From an uncultured Collinsella sp. (GTDB lineage: Bacteria > Actinomycetota > Coriobacteriia > Coriobacteriales > Coriobacteriaceae), in assembly GCA_900549455.1 (NCBI GenBank), contig UROM01000001.1:15758-79757 (forward strand): a DNA stretch of 64,000 nucleotides, read 5' to 3'. The notes beneath the pieces were generated by a model. That model made no database searches. It was not told where the DNA came from and worked only from the letters and a program-made list of their open reading frames with translations. Positions 46,426 through 56,726 of this stretch are shown one piece after another (position 1 is the stretch's first letter; each line of letters opens with the position of its first letter). Both the position numbers and the translations under genes were made by a program.

Positions 46426-47094
46426 CTACAGGATTTCATCTGGGCTGGCGGGCTTGATTGTTTTGGGGATGCCGAGTTTGGATGACGCGAAATCGTCAAC
46501 ATTGTCCTTAATTCCGTCTTTGGTGTAGACAGTGACCATATAGGTGCTGTGTCCGAATTCGCCCTTGTCGCGTGTTGCCCAGGCATCCCAGTAGGCGGCC
46601 CCGTTTCGCCCTTTGATTTTTCCGACACGGCGGAGTTCTGTTCGCTTTAATTTCCGGTTGCTATAGATGGTTCGACCGGCTTCCGCGGTGAGCCCGCACT
46701 GTCCAAGCAGCTTGTCGAGGACTTGGTTCATGTGGCGCTCATCGGTGTTTGGTGCGTAGTCGTAGGCGAGGGTGATGGAGTCGAGCGGCTGGTCGTCGAT
46801 CAGATAGTTTAGCGCCTGAGGTTCAAGGCAGAAATAGGGGGAGCATCCGTCGACCTTGCCGAGCAACGGTAACTTGGACTGCCAACTTCCGGTGGGAATT
46901 GCATATTCGTAGAACACGCCACGGCAGACAAAGGAGAGCGAGGTGGCACGCGAGCCGGCGTCGATCATCCCGCAAAGATCGAAGGGCGAGGCGATACCAA
47001 AAGAAAAGGGCGTGATGACGATAAGGAAGAGCATCACGATGGGTATGGCGAGAATGGCGATGACGTTGCGACCGGTGGAATGAGACGGCTTCAT
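46426..47094 (-). CDS. Hypothetical membrane-anchored protein
   Basis: RBS gagga and an N-terminal TM; no family recognised. Confidence 0.65.
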   Translation of the reverse strand: MKPSHSTGRNVIAILAIPIVMLFLIVITPFSFGIASPFDLCGMIDAGSRATSLSFVCRGVFYEYAIPTGSWQSKLPLLGKVDGCSPYFCLEPQALNYLIDDQPLDSITLAYDYAPNTDERHMNQVLDKLLGQCGLTAEAGRTIYSNRKLKRTELRRVGKIKGRNGAAYWDAWATRDKGEFGHSTYMVTVYTKDGIKDNVDDFASSKLGIPKTIKPASPDEIL

Positions 47095-47204
47095 ATGCGC
47101 TCCTCGAGACAAAGATCTGTTGAGGATAGGCAGAAATGGATATGTTCAGAGAACAATTCAAGTTTAATCTCATGGCGCGAGATGGTCGACCGTTAGCGTC
47201 GAAA

Positions 47205-47239
47205 ACCACCACAAAGGTGCCTGTCCCCCTTGTGGTGGT
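47205..47239 (-). repeat. GGGAC-loop hairpin (accaccacaaa stem)
   Basis: accaccacaaaggtgcctgtcccccttgtggtggt. Confidence 0.85.
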
Positions 47240-47289
47240 GAGGAGCACGCGGCTTCTTTTGGTAATAGTGTTAGCTGGCAGTATCATTA

Positions 47290-48000
47290 GTGCAGGTGGC
47301 GAAGGTTTGCATTGTGGGGTGTTTTGCCGTGAGCCGTTCTGCCCGTATTGGATTGATTGTCTTGGCGCTTGCGATCGCTGTGGTTGGCGCGGGCGCTGTC
47401 GGTATGGCATTTCTACCTGCTGCGGTGACGGAGCCGGTGGTCAAGCCTGTGACTCAATCTGTCGAACTTCTGACCGGCGACGACAAGCCCGAGACCATTA
47501 CCGTTGATTTTGATGAGCAGCCGGCTGTGCTGGGTATTAGCAATTATCCGCGTATTCAGCTTGGGGCCATGCGCTATACCACGGATACAAGCCTGATCGA
47601 TAGGGCGTCCGAGCTACTCAAGGGCAAAACATTTAAGCGTTGGTACGGATATGCGTCCTATCGGGCAAAAGCGAACGACATGGTTGGCGGATGCCACTCT
47701 TCCATCGAGCTGGACACTGCAAACGGCGCAAAGTTATGTGATGTCTCGTACGATCCGGGCTACGAGGGCAATGAGGGTCCGGGCATCTACATCATGGACG
47801 GCGATGTCGCCTATGTCATGGAGGGCGACCAGACCGAGCTCAACGATTTTATGGGTCAGTGTATCCAAGATGCCTATAAACAGACCTGCTTGCCTGACCC
47901 GCAGACTGCACGCGATAGTGGGTCTGCCCGTACATGGCTGTTCGAGGATGAGATGCCCTGGACCGTCGAATCGGGAAGTACGGGTTCGGCGAAGGAGTAG
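47290..48000 (+). CDS. Hypothetical membrane-anchored/secreted protein (start uncertain)
   Basis: N-terminal hydrophobic segment; 236-aa ORF; alternative GTG at 47329. Confidence 0.65.
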   Translation: MQVAKVCIVGCFAVSRSARIGLIVLALAIAVVGAGAVGMAFLPAAVTEPVVKPVTQSVELLTGDDKPETITVDFDEQPAVLGISNYPRIQLGAMRYTTDTSLIDRASELLKGKTFKRWYGYASYRAKANDMVGGCHSSIELDTANGAKLCDVSYDPGYEGNEGPGIYIMDGDVAYVMEGDQTELNDFMGQCIQDAYKQTCLPDPQTARDSGSARTWLFEDEMPWTVESGSTGSAKE

Positions 48001-48008
48001 AGACCGCG

Positions 48009-48190
48009 ACCACCACAAAGGTGCCTGCCCTCTTTGTGGTGGTTTTCGGTCTGTCTCGATCTGTAACATCTTGGCCGCTAAAAGTGGGCCTGGTGTTACA
48101 GATTTAGATTTTTGATCCGGGTGTTTTCTGTTCGTCTCGATTTGTAACAGATAGAGCTCTATTTGCTGACTAGATGTTACAGATTGAGAT
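48009..48190. repeat. Mosaic repeat cluster: GGGAC-type hairpin plus two 56-nt family D hairpins
   Basis: Units at 48009-48043, 48054-48109 and 48135-48190. Confidence 0.85.
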
Positions 48191-48251
48191 AGTAAGGGGA
48201 CGAGGCCGTAGCGGGTGAGCGCACCTGCTTCCTATCTTTCAATCACTCAGA

Positions 48252-48278
48252 AAATCTTATATATAGAGACTTAGATTT
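48252..48278. promoter_or_regulatory. Putative HspR operator (HAIR variant) upstream of clpB
   Basis: AAATCTTATA-tatagag-ACTTAGATTT. Confidence 0.75.
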
Positions 48279-48367
48279 GTGTATAAGATCGTACAAAGCT
48301 GGCAACAATACTTCTCGAACAACGTGAAGCCGCCCCGTAGGGCGGCCGCCCCAAGAGAGGTGATTCC

Positions 48368-50995
48368 ATGAGAATCGATAAGCTAGCAATGACGTCGCGC
48401 GAGGCGTTGCAGACCGCCATGAGCACGGCTGCCGACGCGCAGGCCGGCGCGGTAGAGCCGATTCACCTGCTGTCCGCCCTGCTCGGTGCCGGCGAGCGCA
48501 ATATCTCCGTGATCATCGAGCGCATCGGTGCCGACCCGGCTCAGCTCGCACGCTCCACACAGGATGCCATCGACCACGCGCCCAAGGTTTCGGGCGAGGG
48601 TCAGCAGATGGGTCTGTCTAACGAGCTCGTCCGTGTCATCGAAAAGGCCGAGAAGAAGGCCACCAAGATGGGCGACAGCTTTGTGGTGACCGAGCATCTG
48701 CTCATGGCACTTGCCGAGGACAAGGGCGAGGCGGGCCGTGTGCTGCGCGATGCCGGCGTGACCAAGGAGCGCATCGAGCAGGTCTACGAGGAGCTGCGTG
48801 GCGATGACCGCGTGACGTCTGCCGAGGACAAGACCCAGTTTGAGGCACTGGAACAGTACGGTCGCAATATCTGCGACCTTGCCCGCGCCGGCAAGCTCGA
48901 CCCGGTCATCGGCCGTACCGACGAGATTCGTCGTACCATCCAGGTCCTGTCCCGTCGCACCAAGAACAACCCCGTGCTCATCGGTGAGCCGGGCGTCGGC
49001 AAGACGGCCATCGTCGAGGGCATCGCCCAGCGTATCGTGGCCGGCGACGTGCCGAGCACGCTGCGCGACCGCGACCTCATCGAGCTCGACATGAGCGCGC
49101 TGGTCGCCGGTGCCAAGTACCGTGGTGAGTTCGAGGACCGCTTGAAGGCCGTGCTCAAGGAGGTACAGAAGTCCGAGGGCAAGGTCATCCTGTTCATCGA
49201 TGAGCTCCACACCATCGTGGGCGCGGGTGCCACCGAGGGCTCCATGGACGCCGGCAACATCCTGAAGCCTGCACTCGCCCGTGGCGACCTGCACGCGATC
49301 GGCGCGACCACGCTTGACGAGTACCGCAAGTACATCGAGAAGGACGCGGCGCTCGCGCGTCGTTTCCAGACCGTTATGGTGAGCGAGCCTACCGTCGAGG
49401 ACACCATCTCGATCCTGCGTGGCCTCAAGGAGAAGTACGAGATCTTCCACGGCGTGCATATCACCGATAGCGCGCTCGTGGCGGCTGCCGACCTCTCCGA
49501 TCGCTACATCGCCGACCGTTTCCTGCCCGACAAGGCCATCGACCTGGTCGATGAGGCCGCAAGCCGCCTACGCATGGAGCTCGACAGCATGCCGGTCGAG
49601 ATCGACGCCACCACGCGTCAGCTCACCCAGCTGCAGATCGAGGAGCAGGCGCTCATGAAGGAGACCGACGACGCCTCCAAGGAGCGTCTGGAGGCCCTGC
49701 GCCAAGAGATTGCCGAGGTCCAGGAAAAGCTCAACGTGCAAAAGGCTGGCTGGCTCAACCAAAAGAACGCCATCGACCACGTGCAGGAGCTTAAGGGCCA
49801 GCTCGACGAGGCCAAGAGCGAGGAGGAACGCGCGACGCGCAACGGCGACCTGGGCCGTGCGTCCGAGCTGCGCTTCTCCGTGATTCCGGGCCTGCAGCAG
49901 CAGATTCAGGATTCCGAGGCTGCGCTCGAGGCGCAAAAGCAGCAGGACGGCGAGGGCCTCAACGAGCAGGTGACCTCCGACGAGATCGCCGAGGTCGTGA
50001 GCGCCTGGACCGGCGTGCCCGTGTCCAAGATGATGCAGGGCGAGCTCGACAAGCTGAAGGGCTTGGAGGGCGAGCTGCATAAGCGCGTCATCGGTCAGGA
50101 CGAGGCCGTCTCCGCCGTCGCCGCGGCTGTGCGCCGCAGCCGTGCAGGCCTCTCCGATCCGGACAAGCCCATCGGCAGCTTCTTCTTCCTGGGCCCCACC
50201 GGCGTGGGCAAGACCGAGCTCGCCAAGGCGCTTGCCGAGTGCCTGTTCGACGACGAGCGCGCGCTCGTGCGTATCGACATGTCCGAGTACATGGAGAAGT
50301 TCAGCGTCCAGCGTCTGATCGGTGCGCCCCCGGGATACGTGGGCTACGACGAGGGTGGCCAGCTCACCGAGGCCGTGCGCCGTCGTCCGTACTCCGTGAT
50401 CTTGCTCGACGAGATGGAGAAGGCTCATCCGGATGTCTTTAACGTGCTGCTGCAGGTGCTTGACGACGGCCGTCTGACCGACGGTCAGGGTCGCCAGGTG
50501 TCCTTCAAGAACACGATTATCATCATGACGTCCAACGTGGGCTCCAAGGCCATCGCCGATCTGTCCGGCAAGGACGAGGAGGAAATGCGCCATCAGGTCG
50601 ACGCGGCCATGGCTCAGACCTTCCGCCCCGAGTTCCTCAACCGTATCGACGATATCGTGGTGTTCCATCCGCTCGGTATGGCGCAGATCGAGAAGATCGT
50701 CGACATCCAGCTTGCCGACGTCCGCGCGCGTCTGGCCAAGGAGCGCATGACGCTTGCCATCACCCCGGCGGCCAAGCAGATGCTCGCCGTGGGTGGCCTG
50801 GACCCCGTGTTCGGTGCCCGTCCGCTCAAGCGCCTGGTCCAGCGCGAGGTCGTGGACGCCATCGCCGCCGCCATCATCGACGGCACGGTGCGCGAGGGCG
50901 ATCAGGTGACGGTCGATGTCGACAAGGACGGCGGCTTTACCGTCGTGTGCGATAACACGCCGGCGGCCACCTACGAGGTTCCCGATGCCGAGTAG
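48368..50995 (+). CDS. clpB: Disaggregase ClpB
   Basis: Two AAA+ modules ([16 protein letters not shown]), long coiled-coil M-domain, GYVGYDEGG. Confidence 0.97.
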   Translation: MRIDKLAMTSREALQTAMSTAADAQAGAVEPIHLLSALLGAGERNISVIIERIGADPAQLARSTQDAIDHAPKVSGEGQQMGLSNELVRVIEKAEKKATKMGDSFVVTEHLLMALAEDKGEAGRVLRDAGVTKERIEQVYEELRGDDRVTSAEDKTQFEALEQYGRNICDLARAGKLDPVIGRTDEIRRTIQVLSRRTKNNPVLIGEPGVGKTAIVEGIAQRIVAGDVPSTLRDRDLIELDMSALVAGAKYRGEFEDRLKAVLKEVQKSEGKVILFIDELHTIVGAGATEGSMDAGNILKPALARGDLHAIGATTLDEYRKYIEKDAALARRFQTVMVSEPTVEDTISILRGLKEKYEIFHGVHITDSALVAAADLSDRYIADRFLPDKAIDLVDEAASRLRMELDSMPVEIDATTRQLTQLQIEEQALMKETDDASKERLEALRQEIAEVQEKLNVQKAGWLNQKNAIDHVQELKGQLDEAKSEEERATRNGDLGRASELRFSVIPGLQQQIQDSEAALEAQKQQDGEGLNEQVTSDEIAEVVSAWTGVPVSKMMQGELDKLKGLEGELHKRVIGQDEAVSAVAAAVRRSRAGLSDPDKPIGSFFFLGPTGVGKTELAKALAECLFDDERALVRIDMSEYMEKFSVQRLIGAPPGYVGYDEGGQLTEAVRRRPYSVILLDEMEKAHPDVFNVLLQVLDDGRLTDGQGRQVSFKNTIIIMTSNVGSKAIADLSGKDEEEMRHQVDAAMAQTFRPEFLNRIDDIVVFHPLGMAQIEKIVDIQLADVRARLAKERMTLAITPAAKQMLAVGGLDPVFGARPLKRLVQREVVDAIAAAIIDGTVREGDQVTVDVDKDGGFTVVCDNTPAATYEVPDAE

Positions 50996-51040
50996 ATTTT
51001 TGGGACATGCCTTAAAATCTGCCAGCCGTTTCTAAACGCC

Positions 51041-51077
51041 AAGGGCGGCGGATCCAATTGGGTCCGCCGCCCTTTTT
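51041..51077 (+). terminator. Intrinsic terminator of clpB
   Basis: aagggcggcgga...tccgccgccc followed by a T-tract. Confidence 0.8.
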
Positions 51078-51127
51078 CGTGCGACAATCGATGTTGTTGA
51101 ACGGATGCGATGCAAGGAGATATGCAG

Positions 51128-51322
51128 ATGAAAGACGAGATCAAGACAAGCGCGCCGGCGACCGATGCCGCACCCGCCGCACCCAAGCCTGCGCCTAAGC
51201 CGGCGCCCAAGCCGCGCGACCCCTACATCCGTGCCGAGAACGAGGACGACGACGGCTACGATCCCTACAGCGATCGCCGCCCCGAGCGCGAGCCGATGTT
51301 CGAAGCCGACCCGTGGCGCTGA
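51128..51322 (+). CDS. Small Pro/Ala-rich, acidic-tailed hypothetical protein
   Basis: RBS aaggag; host-like codon usage; PKPA repeats then DDDGYDPYSD. Confidence 0.65.
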   Translation: MKDEIKTSAPATDAAPAAPKPAPKPAPKPRDPYIRAENEDDDGYDPYSDRRPEREPMFEADPWR

Positions 51323-51346
51323 GTGCCACCCAAAAGGCCACCAACA

Positions 51347-51413
51347 AGTTGCGGCGAAATAGGGATTGTTTTGCGGTTTGACCAGCAAAAACAGTCCCTA
51401 TTTCACCGCAACT
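51347..51413 (+). repeat. Repeat family B, divergent copy (67 nt)
   Basis: agttgcggcgaaatagg...cctatttcaccgcaact. Confidence 0.8.
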
Positions 51414-51643
51414 GCGTTAGGGATTTTTCTGCAGGGGAGGGCAGTCAAAAAAGCCCCGTCCCAAATTGACTGCTCGGGGAGTCGCATTCGAGCTCGGTTG
51501 TCCTCTTAGCCACTCGATATCCTTCGGAGCAATAACGGTGATAAAACTTGCTTAAGTGTTAATCAAGCTACACACAATCTTGCTCTCTAATTAATCAAGA
51601 ATCAGTATAATTTTGATTAGCTAGAGAGCAAGATTGGAGAATC

Positions 51644-52996
51644 ATGGCATTCAACGACTTGATCGCCCAGAAAATAAAGGACTTTGAACAGCAGGGGGTT
51701 CCGCAGGTCTTTGAGCGAGACCTTGATCTGGAAAACCCACAGGAGCCAAAGCGCGACAACATCGTAAATGTGGTTGTGGGGGCCCGCCGTTGTGGAAAGA
51801 CGTATCGCCTGTATCAGGAGATGCAGCGGCTTCAGGGCCGGGGCGTCGAGCTTGACCGGATGCTTTACTTTAATTTTGAGGACGAGCGCTTGCGCCCGTA
51901 TGAGCCATCGCTGCTGGCGGACGTGCTCGACACGTTCTATGCGCTGTATCCTGCTGCTCGAACCGAGGGCGCTTACATTTTCTTTGACGAGATCCAGGAA
52001 ATTCCCGAATGGGGTGCGTTTCTGCGGCGTGTAGTCGATACGGAGAAAGCGACCGTCTATGTGACGGGATCTTCTTCTAAGATGCTGTCCTCAGAGCTTA
52101 AGAGCGAGTTCAGGGGTCGTTCTCTTATACGGGAGCTTTTTCCGTTGAGTTTTTCGGAATACGTTCGGTATAAGACGGGGAGCGTTTTCGAGCCAGATGC
52201 GACCTTTTCCCCAAGCGATGCAGCGCTGCTTCGACATCATCTGATCGGATATCTTGAGCGAGGGGGATTCATCGCGACGCTTGAGCAGACGCCCGCAGAC
52301 GCGATTCAGCTGCTACAGGAATATGCTTCGCGAACGGTCGCTATGGACGTCGTTGAGCGTTACGACGTCAAGAACCCTCGCTTGGCATCGCTGTTCCTAA
52401 CGCGGTGTATGGCATCTTCGGGACGAGAGCTGTCGGTGAACAAAGTGTACAACGAGTTCAAGAGCAGGCAGATACCCGTCAGTCGTAATTCGCTCAGCGA
52501 CTTACTTGAGTATTATGAGGACGCCTACCTGCTGTTCTCCGTGCCGGAGTTCACGCGTTCACTGGCAAATAACATGCGGTCTGCGTCTAAGGTCTACGCT
52601 GTCGATCCTGCGATGTTTGGAGCATTCTCTCCCGCATCGGCATTGGACCAGGGCCAGAGGCTCGAGACCGCAGTGTTCAACGCGCTAAGAAGAAGGACTC
52701 CCGCGGTGAGGATCGGATCGGTCTGCCGCCTGCTGATCAAAGAGAAGAGCAAAAGCCATGAGGTGGACTTTGTGGCTGGGGACGCACTTCTCATGCGGGC
52801 TTATAGCCTGATTCAGGTGAGTGTGGATATGGCAAGTGAGAAAACGCGCGAGCGCGAAATTGCCGCGCTTGATGCCTCGATGGCCCAGTTCGATCTTGGC
52901 GAGTCGGCAATCGTTACCATGGATGAGCAGGCCGATATTCCATGCGAGCACGGTGTGGTACACGTTGTGCCCGCATGGAAGTGGCTCCTTGCCTAA
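51644..52996 (+). CDS. AAA_14/DUF4143 ATP-binding protein
   Basis: GARRCGKT, YFNFEDER, FFDEIQ, VTGSSSK, KVYAVDP, EVDFV...LIQV, PAWKWLL. Confidence 0.88.
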   Translation: MAFNDLIAQKIKDFEQQGVPQVFERDLDLENPQEPKRDNIVNVVVGARRCGKTYRLYQEMQRLQGRGVELDRMLYFNFEDERLRPYEPSLLADVLDTFYALYPAARTEGAYIFFDEIQEIPEWGAFLRRVVDTEKATVYVTGSSSKMLSSELKSEFRGRSLIRELFPLSFSEYVRYKTGSVFEPDATFSPSDAALLRHHLIGYLERGGFIATLEQTPADAIQLLQEYASRTVAMDVVERYDVKNPRLASLFLTRCMASSGRELSVNKVYNEFKSRQIPVSRNSLSDLLEYYEDAYLLFSVPEFTRSLANNMRSASKVYAVDPAMFGAFSPASALDQGQRLETAVFNALRRRTPAVRIGSVCRLLIKEKSKSHEVDFVAGDALLMRAYSLIQVSVDMASEKTREREIAALDASMAQFDLGESAIVTMDEQADIPCEHGVVHVVPAWKWLLA

Positions 52997-53068
52997 TCAT
53001 CTACGGATCGTGGGGCCAGGACCTCCTGGCCCCTTCATCACGGTTGGGGAGCACCATGATGCGCCCGG

Positions 53069-54571
53069 CTAGTCCTGGGCTTTGACGCTCGGCATCAGAA
53101 TCTGGGCGAGGTAGTCGCATTCGAGCTTGGTGGCAGCGTCGGCCTTGCCGTCTTTACCGACCAGGTCGTTTTTGATCTGGCTGTATGTGTAGCGGTTGCC
53201 GGTCGTGAGCTCGACAAGCTCAATCGCCGTATCCATGGGGTAGGTCGACACAGGGTCCTGCGTGCGTCCATTAACGGTTTGCGGAATCACGTACGGATAG
53301 ACAGGACCGCTCGCATAGACGGTGTAGCCGTTACCTAGGCTGACCGTGCCCAAAACCGTATCGCCGTCGTCGGGCGTAAAGGTCTCGCCGTCGCGCACCG
53401 CGACGAGCGTCACGAGCGGTGTGTTGGTGTCGCCGTCCAGATAAATGCACAGCGTACTGCCGTTTTGCCAGGTGGCGACCTTGCCATACCACTCAACCGG
53501 AATATCGAGCTGATACAGGTCCGTCGCCTTGTGCCGAGCATCGGCATCGCGGGCCGCCTGTGCCTCGCGGGAGCTCACGGCGTTGACGGCGGCGTCACGG
53601 CGCGCGGTTGCCGCCTGCTGGAGCACCTTTGCGACCGCGGCGGAGTTCACCCCGCCTTCCTCGGCATACTTGGCGGCGGCATCGATCTGGTCGTCAGTCA
53701 CCGTGTCGGCCGAAGGCACCTTGAGCTTAAAGGTGGCCTGGGCACTCAAATCCTGCCCATCGCTCTTAATGGTGACCTGCGCCTTGGTGGTCGGCACGGT
53801 GTAAATGGTACCGTCGGCTGCGATGGGGGACCCAGCGATGGAGAGCGTATAGTCGCCGGGCAGCAGCTTAATGCCGCGACCGTGTTCGTCAACGTAGAGC
53901 GTTTCGCTCACGGAAGAACCGTCGGAATCCTGGCCGCTCACCTGCACGGGAATCTTGGAACCAGTTGAGCAGTCGAGCCCTGCGGCATGCACGCCAATCT
54001 GCACCGACATCATCGTGTGTGCACGGGCGGCGACAGCGGCAGCCTGCTCTTGCTGATATCCGTTCCAGGCAGCATAGCCTGCGCCGCCGGCGACGAGCGC
54101 GACGGCCACAACGCCGGCAACCATCAGGTTGCGGCGCTTGGGCGGCATTTTACGATGACGGGCCTCGGCCTCATGTGCCGAAGGAACAGACGGTAGGGGG
54201 ATATCGCCCATGGCGATGGTCTCGTCCACGGCAGGCGCAGAGCCCAGGCCGGGGAGCTCGCGGGTCAGCGAATCTTCGGCCGGCAAGCTGTCGAGCAAGA
54301 TGGTTTCCTCGCTCGTGTCGGATTCGGGCTGGTCGTCGGCCTCGCATTCGGATTCCTCGTGCCCCGCCTCGTCCTCGGTGGGCGCGGCGCCATCGTCTTT
54401 TGCATCCTGATCATCGGGCTGCGCCTCGATTTCCGGCTCATCCCGCACATCAACGCTCGAATCGTCAAACGCAATCTCGGCCAGTGCGATCTGGTCTAGG
54501 CTCTCCAGGGCCTCGGCACACGCTTCTGCATCTTGGGCCGCATCCTCTTGGCCCATCGTCTCATCTTTCAT
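53069..54571 (-). CDS. Hypothetical single-TM protein with acidic disordered N-terminus
   Basis: D/E-rich N-terminus, KRR + TM, then a predicted extracellular domain. Confidence 0.75.
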   Translation of the reverse strand: MKDETMGQEDAAQDAEACAEALESLDQIALAEIAFDDSSVDVRDEPEIEAQPDDQDAKDDGAAPTEDEAGHEESECEADDQPESDTSEETILLDSLPAEDSLTRELPGLGSAPAVDETIAMGDIPLPSVPSAHEAEARHRKMPPKRRNLMVAGVVAVALVAGGAGYAAWNGYQQEQAAAVAARAHTMMSVQIGVHAAGLDCSTGSKIPVQVSGQDSDGSSVSETLYVDEHGRGIKLLPGDYTLSIAGSPIAADGTIYTVPTTKAQVTIKSDGQDLSAQATFKLKVPSADTVTDDQIDAAAKYAEEGGVNSAAVAKVLQQAATARRDAAVNAVSSREAQAARDADARHKATDLYQLDIPVEWYGKVATWQNGSTLCIYLDGDTNTPLVTLVAVRDGETFTPDDGDTVLGTVSLGNGYTVYASGPVYPYVIPQTVNGRTQDPVSTYPMDTAIELVELTTGNRYTYSQIKNDLVGKDGKADAATKLECDYLAQILMPSVKAQD

Positions 54572-54804
54572 ATATCCCCCAAGCTCAATATCGGCTCAAC
54601 ACTGTACCCAAAAATGGAGCCATATAAAGCGCGTATGAAATATAAGATTTGATTTAACCTGAGCGCATCGTTCGGCCGCATCCTCGCGGCAGCAAAAGGC
54701 CCCCGGAACGCGAACGAATCACATTCCGGGGGCTCTGCAATGCGTTGAGTTGCGCGGAGCCGGCTATGCTGCTTCGCGCTCAAGCGATGTCTGCGCCAGG
54801 CACG

Positions 54805-55812
54805 TTACTCGGCGTGCGCGTAATCCACCTTGGCGCGGCGGGCAGTGGCCTTCTCCCAATCGCTGGTGCCCTCAAAGACATCCTGCTTGTAGGGATTGCG
54901 GCCGAGCTTCTTGGCGCGGTAGGCGATGTAGATGATCGCGGCGACGTTGGCGACCAGCGCGGCGATCGAGACCGCGGTGGCGGCGTTGGGGTCGAGCGTG
55001 GAGTGGGTCACAAAGATGGACTCCTCCTGGAAGTACGGGAACACCTGGGCAAACATGCACCAAATGGCCAGCGTAAAGGCGCGGTTCTGGATCCAGCCGC
55101 CCTTGTTCCAGATAAAGGCGGCGACGGTGGGCGCCAGCAGCAGCGCAAAGCCGCAGAACCAGGAGTGGGTGGGCAGGCAGTTGTAGGTGTAGCAGAAGTT
55201 CCAGATATCGTAGGCGATGATGTAGACCCAGGTCATGTCGGGCCACAGCATGTCGGTCTGATCCTCGGAGGCGTAGACGCTCCACCAACCGGTCATGCAG
55301 AAGATGTTGATGATACCGGCGATGCCGTTGAACACGTTGTTCCAGCCGGCAAGCTGTGTGGCACCCTCGGAAGTGACCCAGGTGGACTCGCCCAGGACAA
55401 AGAAGTGATAGGCGCTCTCGAAGTCGGACACGACGGCGATCAAGATGTTGATGGCGACGATCACAAACGGCCACGCGCGGAACCAATGCGCCTTGCCGAT
55501 CTTGCCCCACTGGTACTTAATGGCAATGAAGCCCCAGCAGCCGGCCAGCGCCGCGTACACCTTGGCGTAGTGGAACCAGCTGTTCTGGTACACGTGGGTG
55601 GGGTTGGTGAGCGCCCACTCGGCACCCTGTGAAACGCCTACGGCGATGGCGACGCAGTAGATGGTCATGGCCAGCGGAGCCACGCCAAAGATGATTGCCG
55701 CGCCCAGCTTGGTGCGGCGGCCGACCTCGTTGAGCACGATCAGGCCAATAAAGACCATGGCCCAGCCGGCCCAGTGGATAAGGGTATCGCTACCCCAAAC
55801 GTCGAACAGCAT
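54805..55812 (-). CDS. Integral membrane protein (DUF5692-like)
   Basis: Multi-TM; WFHYAKVY, INILIAV..DFE, DMLWPDM, YDIWNF.Y.YNC, WIQNRAFTL. Confidence 0.7.
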   Translation of the reverse strand: MLFDVWGSDTLIHWAGWAMVFIGLIVLNEVGRRTKLGAAIIFGVAPLAMTIYCVAIAVGVSQGAEWALTNPTHVYQNSWFHYAKVYAALAGCWGFIAIKYQWGKIGKAHWFRAWPFVIVAINILIAVVSDFESAYHFFVLGESTWVTSEGATQLAGWNNVFNGIAGIINIFCMTGWWSVYASEDQTDMLWPDMTWVYIIAYDIWNFCYTYNCLPTHSWFCGFALLLAPTVAAFIWNKGGWIQNRAFTLAIWCMFAQVFPYFQEESIFVTHSTLDPNAATAVSIAALVANVAAIIYIAYRAKKLGRNPYKQDVFEGTSDWEKATARRAKVDYAHAE

Positions 55813-55875
55813 GCTGCTCTCCTTTCACACGCCCGCGGCCCCTCTTCTGATCGCGGGCAGTTTGGCCAAATGTCG

Positions 55876-56538
55876 TCAGTTCTGGGGCTTGCGCTCCGGA
55901 TACTTGGCGGTATAGCCCTCGATGTGGAGTGTCGAGGCGATGATTTCCTTGACCGTCTCGTCGGGCACATCGGGGTGCGTGCGGATATACATCAACAACC
56001 CCATGATGAGGGTGTAGAACGTCTCGTAGACATGGTCGATGCGTAGCTCATGATGGGCGACAAAGTCCACCACGGTGGTGTCGCAGATGTATTGCGCCAC
56101 GCGCTGGACCACGTTGTGCAGAAAGCCGCCGTAGAGCGCGCCGCTGCTCGAGGTGAGCGTGCTTGGCAGTTCGTGGCCGCTGACGACCAGGCGCTTGAAG
56201 AGCGGGGCGACGGTGTCGAGCGCGCCCTCGATATCGCCGATGGTGCGGCCGGCGTTCCACTGCTCGAGTTCGGCGATAAAACCGTCGATCGCTTCGTCCA
56301 TGACGGCGGTGACGGCGGCGTCCATGTCGGCGAAGTAGTGGTAGAACAGCGAGCGCGTGCAGCCGGCTCGCTTGGTCACGGCCGAGACGGATAGATGCGA
56401 CACGCCCAGCTCGGAGCTTACGGTGCGCACGGCGGCGAGAATCTCGCGACGGCGTTCGTCGCCCGTCAGACGTTTGGCCGTGCTGTCGGGCGCGGGGACG
56501 GCATCGGCCACAGAGGTGTTCACTGCGTTATCGCCCAT
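55876..56538 (-). CDS. TetR/AcrR family regulator
   Basis: HTH: LSVSAVTKRAGCTRSLFYHYF. Confidence 0.9.
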   Translation of the reverse strand: MGDNAVNTSVADAVPAPDSTAKRLTGDERRREILAAVRTVSSELGVSHLSVSAVTKRAGCTRSLFYHYFADMDAAVTAVMDEAIDGFIAELEQWNAGRTIGDIEGALDTVAPLFKRLVVSGHELPSTLTSSSGALYGGFLHNVVQRVAQYICDTTVVDFVAHHELRIDHVYETFYTLIMGLLMYIRTHPDVPDETVKEIIASTLHIEGYTAKYPERKPQN

Positions 56539-56596
56539 GTTTTGCCGCCTTTCATCCTCTTTTGCCTGACCGTTCGCCTAACAGTCTTGAATATTG

Positions 56597-56634
56597 TTGA
56601 CGGTTCGTCAATACTATTTTTGACACAATGTCAA
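56597..56634. promoter_or_regulatory. Tandem TTGAC-N5-GTCAA operators
   Basis: ttgacggttcgtcaa (56597-56611) and ttgacacaatgtcaa (56620-56634) between divergent genes. Confidence 0.7.
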
Positions 56635-56726
56635 CAATGGCGGGTGAACGGCATGGGGGCATGCCCGGCCTGCAAAAAAGAGGGGCGCCGCGGTCTCGCC
56701 GGGCTGTGGCAAGAGAAGGGACGACC

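Noticed and set aside
46138..48190. Possible CRISPR array or integron
   Set aside because: The repeats are dispersed palindromes without regular repeat-spacer periodicity. No cas gene or integron integrase is present, and I saw no canonical attC RYYYAAC/GTTRRRY ends.
54641..54650. Half-site matching the HspR motif (aaatcttata on the minus strand)
   Set aside because: The second arm is absent at N7 spacing; probably chance in an AT-rich promoter.
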